64,000 nt of DNA. Source: Thecamonas trahens ATCC 50062. Taxonomy: Eukaryota; Protista; Apusomonadida. Below the pieces are notes generated by a model. The model saw nothing but the letters and a program-made list of their open reading frames with translations. It was not told the origin of the DNA and made no database searches. Positions 1 to 12,752 of the stretch are shown here, piece by piece. A program made the position numbers and the translations under genes. The first letter of the stretch is position 1. Each line of letters begins with the position of its first letter. The DNA is taken from assembly GCF_000142905.1 (NCBI RefSeq), contig NW_013657659.1:20233-84232 (forward strand). Reading direction: 5' to 3'.

Positions 1-1
1 T

Positions 2-1222
2 GCGCCAGCTCCCGCGCCAGCTCCGGCCCCTATCTCACCGAACGCTTCAACTCGCTCGGGCGCCTCACACACCCGCAAGTCCAAGTCGAAGCGGTCGTGG
101 GTCCCGGCCGACCTTGTGGGCAAGTCAAAGGACGAGATGACGCCCGAGGAGCGCAAGCGGTACAACAAGGCCAAGAAGGCATCAATGACGCCCGAAGAGT
201 GGAAGGCAAAGAAGGCGGCGTCGATGAAGCGGCGCGCGGCGCGTGCGGCCACCTCGGTGTCCGACGCCGGGCTTTCAGAAGACGTCGCGCCAGGCGGAAG
301 CGCCTCGAGCGTCCAACGGCACGTGCCCGAGCCGGTGGACGTCGACGAGCCGCCTGCGCTCGTCTCGGCCCCGTCGGTCCAGTTCCACGCACTCAAGAAG
401 GACATCCTCATTCCGTTTGACGACGCCGACTCGGACATCGACTCGGACGACGAGCCGCCCACCGACACCTCGACATCGTCCAAGATCCTTCCGCCCAACC
501 CGGCGTTCTCGCTCCACGAGGACCTCTGGATCCCGCCGGAGCTCTCGACAACGCCCAAGACTGAGTTTACTGCTGACGAGCGGGCGCACTACGTCCGGGC
601 ACGCAACTCGTATCTGGCCGACCACTACGCCGCTTCCGAGCGCTCGCTCATCCGGGCGTGGTACAACGGCAAGGCGGCGGCGCACAACGCGGCACTTGCG
701 GCGTCTGAGCGGTCCCGACCGCAGTCGCCGGTGGACAACGACACGCCGCAACAGTGTTACGTGTGCGCCACACGGCCCATCGACCCGGACCGCGATCTCC
801 ACTGGCTCCCGTGCAAGCACCACCAGGTCTGCTCCGGCTGCCGGTCGCTGCCGCACCTGCGGTGCGCTACATGCAAGCTTGCCGAGGCTGCTGCCCTCGA
901 GGCCCTCGATCGAACGTGCCAGGCGTGCGGCGCGACCGAGAGCAAGCCGGGCGTCCAGCTCTCGCTCCTTGAGTGCAAGCACGGCTACTTCTGCGCTGGC
1001 TGCCACGCCGCCCCGCAGTTTTCTTGCATCCGCTGCGTCCGCCTCATGCGCCAGCGCTCGCTCTCAGTCATCCGCGAGTGTGCTGTCTGCCAGGCGACGG
1101 ACCCCAAGCTGCTGCGGCGGACCGAGTGCGGCCACGCGTTCCTCTGCAAGGGCTGCGCCACCCTCCCGCAGTGGAGCTGCCGCGAGTGTGCCCACAACGT
1201 GCCGCCTATTGTTTCTCCGTGA
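2..1222 (+). CDS. 5'-truncated protein with three tandem C3HC4 RING-like zinc fingers (putative E3 ligase)
   Basis: The frame is open from base 2, so the start lies outside the window. The C-terminus has three C-x2-C...C-x-H-x3-C-x2-C...C-x2-C units (CYVC..CKH..CSGC..CATC; CQAC..CKH..CAGC..CIRC; CAVC..CGH..CKGC..CREC). The N-terminal part has two MTPEE repeats. Confidence 0.75.
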   Translation, partial: APAPAPAPAPISPNASTRSGASHTRKSKSKRSWVPADLVGKSKDEMTPEERKRYNKAKKASMTPEEWKAKKAASMKRRAARAATSVSDAGLSEDVAPGGSASSVQRHVPEPVDVDEPPALVSAPSVQFHALKKDILIPFDDADSDIDSDDEPPTDTSTSSKILPPNPAFSLHEDLWIPPELSTTPKTEFTADERAHYVRARNSYLADHYAASERSLIRAWYNGKAAAHNAALAASERSRPQSPVDNDTPQQCYVCATRPIDPDRDLHWLPCKHHQVCSGCRSLPHLRCATCKLAEAAALEALDRTCQACGATESKPGVQLSLLECKHGYFCAGCHAAPQFSCIRCVRLMRQRSLSVIRECAVCQATDPKLLRRTECGHAFLCKGCATLPQWSCRECAHNVPPIVSP

Positions 1223-1301
1223 TTCTTTCACGATCCATAAAGCAATCCGCCCTGCAGCGTAGTGTGTTTGTTTTGTTTACCTTTCTTCCGCGCGCTCGCC
1301 C

Positions 1302-3132
1302 TCAATCAAAGGGGCTCGCCTCGCTGCCGCCGCGCTTGGACGGCGGGACAAGGTTGGCCGGGAGCGCAGTCGGGAGCGGCGAGCCAGGCGCGTTCTTCTT
1401 CTGCTGGAGGAGGTGCATGCAGACAGCAAACTCGTCCGCGTCGAGATGGCCGTCGCGATCGATGTCGGCAAGGGTCCAGATGTCGCGGAGAGTGGTCGTG
1501 TCGAGCTTGGAGGCGACCATGGCCGGCTTGGCTGACGCGCCAGAGAGCTTGCCGGCGACCGGACCCATCTTGACAAAGTAGGAGTCCCACTTTTGCTTCT
1601 CCTCCGGCCCGATGGCCCAGTCCGAGTCCGATGCGCCAAACGGGTTGGGCGGCGGCGACGACGGACCGGCGCCGTCGTCGACAGGCGCAATAAGTTCCAG
1701 CAGCTGCGGAATGTCTGCCGCGAGAACGCTGTTCATCGACTCAATCATCGACATGTTGAGCTTGGGGAACTTGTTGAACTCGTACTCTGCTGCGCGGGCC
1801 TTGAACCGCTCGAGGTCCGGAAAGTCGCCCGGTGGGAGCTGGTGCTGGCGCATGACAGTCTTGAAGACCTCCAGCATGCCGTCGAGGAGCGCCTTCTGCT
1901 TCTTGCCCTTGCCGAACATCGACGGCATCTCGCCTCGGAGATGCGAGATGAGGAGCGCGTGAACCTTGACCAGACGCGCGCGCTTGACAAGCTCATTGAT
2001 CTTGCGAACGGCGGCGTTGCGCGGGAGGTAGCGGAGGTCAGCCATGAGGTCCTGCTCCTCGGCTTCAAACAGCGCCTGGTTCTCCGAGTTGTGTAGCGGC
2101 TGGTCCCAGAACGAGCCGATGTAGACCCGGACCACCTCGGGCGTGGCAAAGACCTTGCCAAGCGACCACATGAGCGCGCCGTAGACCCGCATCAGCTGCT
2201 GGGAGTTGACCATGTCCGACTTGTTGAGCACAACCCGGATCTTGTCGTCATGCCCGCGCAGCGCCTCGATCGACCGCTTGAACTCATCAGAGATGTCGAG
2301 CTTGTGGGCATCAAAGAGGAGCAGAATGAGGTCCGATCGCTCCGCAAACCACTCGCACGTCTCCACAAAGTCGTACGTCCGCCCCAGCCGCTGCTTCTCG
2401 CCCGAAAGCACACCTGGCGTGTCGATGAACGTCACCTTTTCCAGGATCGGCGACGGGCACTCGGCAACCTCAAACTTGGAGAGGAACGAGACGCCAAACT
2501 TGTCCAGGCCCTGGAACGGCTTGTCTTTGCGGATCGACGCCGCCGCTCCAGGAACAACCCGATCCTCCTCGCCGTACATCACCGCCACAAACCGGTCCGT
2601 CGTCGGCTCGGGCCCGATCCGCTGCGAAGGGAAGTCACGCTCGAGCATGTACCGGATGAACGACGTCTTGCCCACCGAGTACTGGCCCAGCAGCATCTGT
2701 TCGCTCGCCATCACATCATCCGCCGCATCACATACACACACACACACGCACACCACCCTGTTCATGAGACCGCGCCCAAACCCACTCGCTTCCCTTCATC
2801 CAACGACCAAAACACATCAAAAAAAAAGGACACAGATCCTCAAGTGCCCAACACCATTCCCACCCCTACCCCCCCCCCATCCACCGTCCCCCACCCCTCA
2901 TCTCATCCACCGCATTGTTCTGATGCGCAGCAAGAGATCAAGTACGTACCACCATGGGAGCGGCTTCAAAGTCGGCATCTTCGAGAAGCGGCGAGTGAAA
3001 CTGCTGAAACGAGTAGAGTTCCTCAACTGGGCGGATGCGAGTCTTGTACAACCTCTTCAGCTTCTCAATGACTTCAGGATATGTCTCGACAGCATCCGAT
3101 GACATGGCTGCCTTGTTGGAGATGGCCGCCAT
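1302..3132 (-). CDS. EHD1: EH-domain-containing protein (EHD1/RME-1 family dynamin-like ATPase)
   Basis: Exons 3132-2950 and 2696-1302 are joined across a GTACGT...CAG intron, giving PMV-MLLGQYSVGKT. Also IGPEPTTDRF, DTPGVLSGEKQR, DAHKLDISDEF and a C-terminal EH domain (IWTLADIDRDGHLDADEF). Confidence 0.96.
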
Positions 3133-3226
3133 GATGTCGTTGTCGATGTCGATGTCACCGCCGGCACAATGTGGTTGGCTATTGACGAATTGCTCAACAA
3201 AACAATCGTTGTCACTCGGAGAGGCA

Positions 3227-3286
3227 AGACCGAGAGACCGAGAGACCGAGAGACCGAGAGACCGAGAGACCGAGAGACCGAGAGAC
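3227..3286. repeat. 8-bp tandem repeat (AGACCGAG)~7.5 upstream of EHD
   Basis: Read directly from the sequence. Confidence 0.9.
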
Positions 3287-3955
3287 AGACTAAGAGATAG
3301 AGACCAACAAAGACCACCACAGAGTATGTGCCCTTATGTGGTGCTGTTTGTCTATGCGTAGAGAGTGAGCTGTGTCCCCCCCCCCCCCCCCCCCCCCCCC
3401 CCTCCCCCCCCCGCACCCGCGCAGTGCAAACCTGTGCTGTTGATCAGTGGGTCGACCGGCAGTCGCTCGTTCGTCGATTATCTGACGTGGGATGAATCAT
3501 TGGGCGGCCAATACTCGCACATGCTACTTGCCCACAACGAGGAGATGGAGGAAAGAGTGCACGCCATGGGGCAGGCTGTGGGCGTGAAGGGGACGGGCAG
3601 AGAAATTGAAGAGGGGAGGGGAGGAGGGGGAGAGGGGGGCGCTGAGCTTGGTTGCCTCGCAGCCTGCCATCAATAACCATACTCCGACTACGATCTTAGT
3701 AGATCCCCCCTCCCCCCTCCGGTTCTCACATCGATCAGAGATCTCCCATTTTACCCGCTGCACCCAACTCGCGCCAACGAACCCACCCCGCCCCCCCCCC
3801 CCACCGTCCAACCTCCTCGCCGGCACCCCTCTCCACAGCCACTGTCAGCGGCACGAGGAGGGTGACAACTCTGTCAATGTCGTACTCGTCCAACTCTGAC
3901 TCTGCATGCTCAGCCACAGAAGACCACCTCGCCGGAAGCGCCAGCTTTGTGCGAC

Positions 3956-6900
3956 ATGGAAGCGGTGTCAGCAGCGGTGTCGGCAGCGGTGGCAGCACTC
4001 ACCGGAATCAGTCTTCGTAGCTCGCGAGAAGGAAGCAGTCTTCGTAGCTCGCGAGAAGGAAGTAGTCTCCGCAGCTCGCGAGAAGGGAGCAATCGTCGAG
4101 GAAGTGGTCGTGGAAGACATGGTCCTGGTCATGGTGGTGATGGGGGAGTGAGGCAACGACCTCGTCGACAAGGAGCGAATGACTCGACCGACAAGCTACT
4201 GACACCAAGGACAAAGGAGACTTTGGTCTTCAATATGGATGCTGATGGCAAGATGGTGAAGGGTGTGCCTATGGCGCTCTCTGGATCGCAAGCCGACATT
4301 TCAAAGTCGTTGAGAAAGTTTCGCAGAGAGATGAAGGCCGATCAAGCCGCTCATATGGCCGCTACCTCGTCGTCTATCGCTTCTATGGACATTGGCTTTC
4401 TCTCGCCAGCTGCCATCGCAGCAAGCCCGTCTCCATCTCCGTCTCCGTCTCCGTCTCCGTCTCCGCACTCGTCCTCGATCCCGGCTTTGGCGAATACCTC
4501 GAACGTACACGTCTCGTCGACGCCAGATGTTGACTCGGTGCACTCAAACGAGTCGATGGACTCGGCTATCTCGAGCGCTGGGTCGAGTGGGCTCTCGTCG
4601 CTGGTTCCTTCGCGACGGGCGCGAAGTGGACGGAGCGGCGGCTCGCTGCTGCAGTCGGCGGCGCTCAACGCGGCCCGGGCGGCGGCGGCCGAGCTTGCGG
4701 CCCGGTCCGACTCGGACGACGATGCCGCATGTGGTAGCGAGTCGGACTCGGCGTCAGTCTTTAATGCCTCGATGTCAAGCGTACTGACCGAGGGATCCGC
4801 ATCGTTTGCCGGCATGGGCAGTGCCTTCCCGGACCTCTCGTCGTCCAACGAGCCGCTGGCGGCGACGTCGGCAGAGCCTGGCCAAGCGTCGCGGACCATC
4901 AACGGCGTGCGCGCGCGTGCAAATTCCAAGACGAGGGTCACTTCGGGGCCACAGTCTGGCAATGTGAGCAACTCGCTCAACCAGTCACTAGACGGGGTGG
5001 CGTGGCAGCGAGTGGGCCGAAGCGTCAAGCCCGGCCCGCGGACAGAAACTATGGAGCTGACGAACCTCATCGCGGACTTTAAGCGCGAGCAAGAGCTGCG
5101 GCAGCAGGCCGAGCAGGCACGGCTGACGGCAGCGCGGCTGGCGGCCGAGACTGAGCGGCGCAAGGCACTGATGCGCAAGCGCATTGTGTATCACACGCTG
5201 CCCGGCGGCGACGCGCCCCACTCGGCGCTGCTCTCGGCCTCCAAGGCCCACGACGGCATCATTCTCTCGCTGGCGGCCAACACGTTCTTTGTGGACAAGT
5301 TTGCCACCGGCTCACACGACGGCAAGGTCAAGGTGTGGACGCTGGTCGAGGACGAGGCCCACCAAAAGTACCCAAGGAGCAGTACGTGCTCGCCTCGCAT
5401 GCTGCGCCGGTCCACTCGGTCGGCTGGCACCCAGACGGCATGGTGCTGGCAACAACTGGCAAGGACAACAAGGTCCGGCTCTGGGAAGGCTCCGAGTGCA
5501 AGGAGGTGCTTGACCTTGACTCGCCGGGCTTCTCGCTCGAGTTTTCGCTGTTTGGCAAGCACGTGGCGGTGGCCTCGATGCGCAACGTCAAGATCTTTGA
5601 CACAGAGACGTGCAAGATCATCCAAAAGCTGCCTGCGCACGCGCTCAACGTGTACTCGTGCGCGTACCACCCCGGCTCGCTCTCGCTCATGGTTACTGCC
5701 GGCGACGACAATATGGTCAAGTTGTGGGACGTCGACTCCGGGAAAGTGGTCCAGACGCTGCGTCACCACTCGTCGTGGGTCTACTCGGCGCAGTTTTCGC
5801 CCGATGGCCAGTCGCTCATCACTGCGTCGGCGGACGGCACCTCGTTCATCTACAAGCTCGGCCAGGAGGAACCGCTCCTCCGTATCCGCCCCAGCTTGGG
5901 CGCCGTGTACACGGCCTCGCTCTGGGGCGACGTCGCGTACCTGGGCGGGCAGGATCCTATCGTCCGCGGCTTCTCGCCGCTTACCGGCGAGCCGCTGGTC
6001 GAGGTCAAGGGTCACGTCGGCGCTGTCCGCGACATTGCCTACCTCCCGCACTCGTACACGCTGCTCTCGGTCGGCTCGGACGCGCAGCTCTGCCAATGGA
6101 ACGTCCGCACCCCGCTTGAGACCGCGCTCGCTGCCGAGTCCAAGGAGCTGGAGCGCAAGCTGTCGCAGACCCTCTCGGCGCAGATCCGATCCGAGGACAA
6201 CGTCACCGCGCCGGCGCCAGAGGCGGTGGCGACGTCCTCGGTCCGCTCGCTCGCGCCGCCGTCGCGTCGCTCGTCGCGGTCTACCCCGCGCAACCCGCCG
6301 CCTTCGTCCGCCAACTCGCCCGGCTCGGACGACCTGGGCACTCCGCGCTCGCTTGCCGACTCGGCCCTCTCGTACGAGTACGATTACGCCGACGTCTTGG
6401 TCCGGGTCGGCGACGACGGCGAGCTCGTCGAGCTTGATCCCGACGACGCCGAGCGAGTCCGCAACGAGCTCGGTGACGACATTCTTTCCATCTGCGACGT
6501 TAGCAACTATGGCGAGTACGACTATGACTACGACTACGACTACGAGTATGCCTACCGCGACGACGCCGGCAACATCGTGCTTCGCAGCGGTGTGGTCTCA
6601 TCCGGTGTGGCCTCAACTCCGTCGTCGCGCCGCTCTTCGCGCCGCCCGTCGGCTGCCTCTAGCCGTGCCACTAGGGAGACGCCGGCACGCCGCTCGTCAC
6701 GCCGCTCGTCGCGCCGCTCGTCACGTCGGTCGTCGAGGGCCAAGTCGTCAGTGTCGCGGTCGCCGTCACTCCCAGGCATCGCCCTCGACGCGCCGTTTGT
6801 AGCAGCCGCACGCCGCATGGAGCAGCAGGCGGCGCTGACAACGATGACATCGGCCTCTTTGGGCTCGTTTGAGGCACCCAAGCGGATGCGGCTCTCACCG

Positions 6901-7515
6901 TCGGATGCGTCAATCCCTTCGCTGCCTGACAGTCGCTTCAGGCGCGAGTCGTCCGTCTCGGAGGACTCTTCTGCCTCCGATGCAACCAACCGCCGGGTTC
7001 GGTTCGTCAACTCGTCGCTATTCACAGTCAAGCTCATTCGGTTCCGCGGAGTAAGCACATCAGGTGAGAAGTTCACGTCGTCGTCGACCGGCCACAAGGC
7101 CTCGCTCAGCATCCCAGGCCTCAAGCATCCGTTCTTTGAGATCCTTGTTGGCCGGCAGGTCCGCGACGTCAGAGACAACTGGAGGGGACACGTCCTCACC
7201 TACGCAGACATACTCGCCGACTCGTCGACGCCACATCTGCTCGGCTCGGATCTAGCGCTCGAGGCGTATCTGTTTGACGACGCCGACGACGGCGGTAACG
7301 TCTCCTCGTACGGCTCCATCGGACTCGGCTTCCTCGGCCTCTCGCCGCTCACATCCGATGGCAACACACCCGAGCCGGTACACGTCTGGCTCCCGCTGTA
7401 TGGCGAGCTCGACATGGAGCTCCTCGTCGAGGTTGGAATCACACCAAACCTCGAGGGCATCACCCGTGCGCCGCAGTCGCCATCACCATTTCTGTCGCTC
7501 GACCCCGACCTATGA
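3956..7515 (+). CDS. WD40-repeat protein with Ser-rich N-terminus and a possible C-terminal C2-like domain; one frameshift near 5370
   Basis: WD repeats include ATGSHDGKVKVW, ATTGKDNKVRLW, VTAGDDNMVKLWD and SVGSDAQLCQWN. ORF 3947 and ORF 5335 join if one C is added at TAC-CC(C)-AAG-GAG-CAG. Confidence 0.85.
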
Positions 7516-7843
7516 CTCCCCGCCCAAGTTGCCGCACACCAGAAAAAGCGCCAACCTGATACCCCTCTCCCCCCTCCCATCGCTCCCCCCCCGTCCACCG
7601 TCATCACCCACATTGCCACCTCACACACCTAACCAACTACATCACAGCATATTCCAACACCCATCCCATCCTCCCTAACTCCTCCCAAGCCGTACGCCGA
7701 CTCTCACTCAGAACCCCCCCCCCCCCCCCCCCAAAAAAAAAAAAAAAAAAAAAAGAGGCGGACACACACCCCCCTTGCCCGACCCGCCACGGTCTGCCCC
7801 CGGCCACGGCCACGACCAGCCCTGGCCACTTTACTTCCGTCAT

Positions 7844-10644
7844 ATGAGCGACACACGACAGCTTTTGATTTCGCTTGACAGCTTGGAGCAAGTGCAAGCA
7901 CCGCTCTCCACAATAGGCGGCAAGGCAGCTGGGTTGGGCAAACTCTGCGGTGTGGTGGGCGAGGGTAAGGCAGGGTATGTCCCTCCTGGCTGTGTCCTCA
8001 CCACAGAGGCATTTCAGGTACAACTGGATTTTTATCGCTGACACCTGCCAGACTCCGGGAGGCGTACACATCGAACGGCTCGCTGAATGACATCAGTAAT
8101 GCCATGACTGCCTCTGGTTTAGCCCCATCTCTTTGGCATGCTATTGATGAGTGTCTGGATGTGGTTCGTGCTCGCTGGGCGGCTGAGGAAGGTAGCTTGC
8201 GCCATGATCGGTTCTTTGCCGTGAGATCGTCGGGAACCAAGGAGGATGCTGTGGACCAGTCGTTTGCGGGGCAGTACGAGACTGTGCTCAATGTTCCCGC
8301 TGAGCGAGGCGCATTAGCTGATGCAGTGCTTGCTTGCTACGCCTCGCAATTTTCGGATCACGCAGCGAGCTACCTCGGCTCGCTCGCCGACGACGAGCCG
8401 CTGCCGGCGATGGCTGTTGTCATGCAGGAGCAAGTCGACCCGGTAGCCGCGGGCGTGCTGTTTACCGTCAATCCGGGAACCTCAAGTGCCAACGAGATGG
8501 TGGTCGAGGGCGTGTGGGGACTTGGCGAGGGGCTCGTGTCCGGAACGCTGACGCCGTCATCAGTGGTAATCGACGCCGCAAGCGGTGAGATGGTGCTCGA
8601 CCGGAACCCAGAAGGCCAGCAGGAGCGCAAGCTGGTGTGTGCAGCAGGGGGTGGGCACGAGTGGACGGCAACGACTGCCACCGAGGCCGCCTGCTCGCCG
8701 CTCACGCCAGAGCTGCTTGCTGCTCTGGCGGCAGCCGGGCAGGCGGTGTCACGGGCGATGGGGCCGGCCGACATCGAGTGGTGCGCCACGGGCGACGGTC
8801 GAGTGGCGCTGGTCCAGGCACGGCCAATCACCTCGCTCAGCTTTGCGCGCGGAACGCCTGTGGCGTACATGATCCAGGCCGACCGCACGTCGCCGCTTGA
8901 CGAGCTACTTGCGGTCCGCGGCTTTGGCGACGCGCTGCATCACATCGCATCGGTAACGACGTGGTTTGACGGCGATCCCGAGTTTGTCCTCCCTCAACCA
9001 GCTCAACTAGTCACGTTTTACTTTGGACGTGGCTACGGGTTTGCCGACGTCATGGCCGTCTACCACGGGCTGAAGGAGCAGTACACGCAAGCCGATCTCG
9101 CGGCGCTCGAGCCGTGGTGGCGCGAAGCGCAGGCGCTGGAAGACCGGTTTCTGCTTGAGCTCCACCAGCGATCTGTGGTCGACGCCGCGCTCGCAAAGCA
9201 CGGCCTGGCAGCAGCGGACACGGCAGTCGATACGTCCCCGGATCGTGTGGCGCAGCTGATGGCCTTTTACTCGGCAGCATGCAAGATGTCGTGGGCGATG
9301 GGCTTTATGGCCGAGCTGGCCGAGACGGAGGCTCAGCGGGCGCTGTCGACGGCGCACGGGTCGGGCGACATTACCGAGAGCACGCCGCGGTTTGTGCTCG
9401 GCAAACTGGTCTCCAACGTGTCTCGGCGACACCACGCCACCGCCAAGCAGCCGATGCTAGACCTGATGGCGCTCGCGCGGAGCGTGAGCCGCGACAGCGA
9501 GGTGCGGCGAGTGGTGCTTGATGCAGCGGCAGCGAGTTCGGGTGGCATCGTCGGCCCGGGCCTGGTGAGAATGCTGCGGGTCGAGGCTGCGGGGACAGAG
9601 ATCGCCGGTGCACTCGAGAGCTTTCTCCGGACCTGGTACTGGATGGCAGACGAGGACTGGGACTCGTGGTGCGTGCACTGGTCGGAGGATCCGTCATTTC
9701 CGCTCGCCATGTTCGTGCAGATGGTCAAGGCCGGAGGCGACCGAGGGTCGTCGTCGTCGTCATCGTCGTCATCGTCAAATGACGAAAGCAGCGGACAACC
9801 GCCGTTGCTGCGGCGAATGACGACAGCGTCGCAGATTTACGCGACTGAGATCGAGCGGCTTAAGGCCGTGCTCGGGAACGACCAGCACGAGGCACTGGTG
9901 GCGGTGGCGCGGCTCCGCAAGTACCTCGAATGGAAGGAGCGAGTTCATGTGGTGTATGTTCGGGCCGGATTTGAGCTGAAGATGACGCTTCTCGCCATCG
10001 AGGCCGAGCTGGTTGCTCGCGACGTGCTCGAGGAGGGGCGGGCGGACCACAGCATGGCGCATGTGACGCCCGAAGCGTACGCAGCGTACGCGGCCGGGCG
10101 CGATAGCGGCGGAGAAGCACTGCGCAAGGTGGTGGAGGACATCGGGTACACAAGCGCGGTGTGGTCGCACCTGGAGGCGCCGTACCAGGTCGGACGGACG
10201 TTCCAGGCGCAGCGTGCCGGCGACGGGGCCAGCAACGTTGAGCTCGGCATCAGCGAGGCAGAGCTGGCGGAGCTCCGTGCGCACGGAATGGTCCTGCGTG
10301 GGCTGCCGATCTCGCCAGGGCGAAGCGGGGTACCCGTGCGCGGGCGGGCGCGGGTGATCAGCTCGCTGGCCGAGGCTGGGAGCGTCCAAGGCGGTGATAT
10401 ACTGGTGACGGCGACGACGTCGCCGGCGTGGACGCCGCTCTTTGGCCTCATCGGCGGCCTTGTGCTCGAGGACGGCGGAATGCTGTCGCACGGCGCAGTG
10501 GTGGCGCGCGAGTTTGGACTCCCGGCCGTGTCGGGCATTCGCGGGGCAACAAGCGTGGTGCAGACCGGCGACGAGCTGGTGGTTGACGGCGAGGACGGCA
10601 GTGTGATGGTGTTGGGGCAGGAAGAGAGGAAAGCAAACAAGTGA
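7844..10644 (+). CDS. PEP-utilising enzyme with ATP-grasp, middle substrate domain and C-terminal phospho-His swivel domain (rifampicin phosphotransferase/PigC-like architecture); frameshift near 8030
   Basis: GGKAAGL, FAVRSSGTKED...SFAGQYET, AGVLFTVNP, GLGEGLVSG, DIEW, VQARPIT, and C-terminal TSPAWTPLF...GGMLSHGAVVAREFGLPAV. The N-terminal segment joins ORF 8104 if one T is added in the T-run at 8029-8033. Confidence 0.88.
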
Positions 10645-10692
10645 CGGGCACGCGCGAGGCGTGGCGAGCGAGCAAAAAAACTCATTTACTGC

Positions 10693-12199
10693 TTAGGCGC
10701 GGTAGCCGACCATCTGGCGGTAGAAGGCACGCTTGGCCCGGGCAGCGGCCTGGGCCTTCTCCTGGGTGGCGAAGCGCTTCTTCTTCTGCGAGACCTTGCG
10801 GCCGGCCTTCTGGGCCTCGGCAGCCTTGATGATCGCGCGCTTGCGGGCGATGACGTACGGGTTGAGGGCGTACATCTGGGTGTTGTTGACAAGCGGGTTC
10901 TTGCGGCGGTGGATGTTGAGCTTGACACCCTGCTTGGCCGGGCGGACAACCGACTGGATCTCCTCGGAGTTGATGATACGCGAGATGTCGGTCGAGCTGA
11001 GGATGGCGCGCGGCAGGTGGTAGTTGTTCTTGAGGGTCGACGGGGCAGTCTGCGAGCCGTAGAGGGCCTCGAGGTGCTCAAAGGCAGCCTGCGACCAGAT
11101 GACGAAGCGGCCGATGTGGCCACCCGGGGCAAGCTGGAGGAGGTTGAGGCGCTCGACGGAGCAGGTCTCGACACCCGGCAGGTTGCGGAAGGCGCGCGAG
11201 ACACCGTTGTCGTTGAGGTAGATGACAAGCGGGCCGCGGCGCTGGACGTAGCGGCGGTTCCGCATCTTACCCTTGCCGGCACGAAGGCGGCGCGAGGCGA
11301 TGACGCGGTCGACGTCAGCGTGGGCGCCGTGGGCGGCGAGGATGGCAGCAGCCTCCTTGGTCTTCTTCACCGACTCGACGTCGTTGGAGAGGACGAGCGG
11401 GATCTCGGCGACCTTCTCGACGCGGTGACCACGGGCCATGACCAGCGGGGCGACCGCCGAGGCAGCGATGGCCGACACCAGGGCAAAGCGGCGCTGGTTG
11501 AGGTTGATCTTGCGGTGCCACTTGCGCCAGGTCTTGGTCGGGGCGAACATCCGACCGCCACGGCACATGTTACCGAAGGCACCCTGGCCGGCACGGTGGG
11601 TACCACCACCGTTGACACGCGGGATACGCGAGACAGCGCGGCCAGTGCCCCACGAGATGGCGGCAACCTGGTGACCGGCAGCCGAGTGAACGGCGTAAGC
11701 CTGGCGGCGGTTCTTGGCCATGTCGCGGTAGACGTGGTGGACAACGTCAGGGCGGATGGGGGCGGTGAAGACACCCGGGAGCGGCACGTTGGCCACAACC
11801 TCCGAAGCCTTGTTGGCGGCAAAGACCTGAACGACAGCACGAGTCGACTACAATCATACACAGAGCGGGGGAGGGAAGGGGGGAGGGAGAGCGTGAGGCA
11901 CGGGCGGGGTGGCGGGGGGGTGGCGGGGTGGCGGGGAGGGGAGGGGATGGAAGGGGATGGTGAAGATTTGACGGTCGCTTCAAAAAAATCAGACAAAGAC
12001 GGCGGCGGAAAAGGGCGCAAGCCATGGCGGACTTGGTTGGCGGGGGCGGGGAGGGGGGGGAAGAGGATGGAGGATACGGATTTGGGGGGGAAGTGGTGGG
12101 CTTGTGCTAGTGGTGGAGATGACACGGGTGGGGAAGTGCTTGTGCTTGTGGTGTTGTTGGTAGGGCTGGTGTGGGGGGGGGGGTGGGGGTTCGTACCAT
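10693..12199 (-). CDS. RPL4: 60S ribosomal protein L4 (uL4)
   Basis: [46 protein letters not shown]. Exon 1 is ATG only (12199-12197), the intron is 12196-11848 (GTACGA...TAG) and exon 2 is 11847-10693. Confidence 0.97.
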
Positions 12200-12752
12200 T
12201 GTGTGAATGGGTAAAGTGTTGATTGATGAGGATGAGATGGCGAGCGAGTCGGTGGCGGGCAAGCAACGAGCGAACAATCGAACGAATGGACGATCAGCCG
12301 AGTCAATCAACGAACGAATGAACCATCGAAACGACACAATCGAACAAAAGATGGGAAGGCCAGGTGCGAACGAATAAATGAACGTCAGTTAATCGATGGT
12401 GTGACGGTGGGCAGGAGGAGTGCGAGTGGAAGCGGGAGCAAACCAGCTCGCGCGAATCGGCCTCCGTGCAAGCCGACGGGGGGGTATGGTACAGCTATCT
12501 AAAGTAACACAAGCTTGATACATAAGAACATTGGCCGAGAGAAAGATCCATGCACTTGCATACGGATTCATCTACTGATGGATCTGTGATGGGCTACGGA
12601 TGGGCTCGTGCGAGGAGGAGGCGAGTGCGAGAGGCGAGAGCTCAGCTCGTGTGAACGAGGCGGAGCAAACGAGCTCGCGTGGTTGATTTGGTCGGAGTTT
12701 GTTTTTCACTTTGGGATTGACGACAGACGTCACCAGCTTTCTCTCATTCACC
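12200..12752. promoter_or_regulatory. Putative bidirectional promoter shared by RPL4 and RPL8
   Basis: 553 bp separate the divergent start codons, with a relatively AT-rich core at about 12485-12590. Confidence 0.6.

Noticed and set aside
5370-6802. C-terminal half of the 951-aa ORF (3947-6802)
   Set aside because: It is Arg/Ser-rich off-frame translation. The WD40 repeats continue in the 5335-7515 frame.
7714-7754. Poly-A tail of a retroposed element
   Set aside because: No target-site duplication or element body was seen, and the C19-A22 tract may be low-quality sequence.
8017-8051. Tiny GTACAA...GCTGAC...CAG intron explaining the RPH-like frameshift
   Set aside because: Splicing it leads to a TGA after 12 codons, while a single added T restores the frame.
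10909-12222. Long antisense ORFs over RPL4, SAC3, VPS13, LRR-CH and others
   Set aside because: These are shadow ORFs expected from high-GC codon bias, with no motifs.
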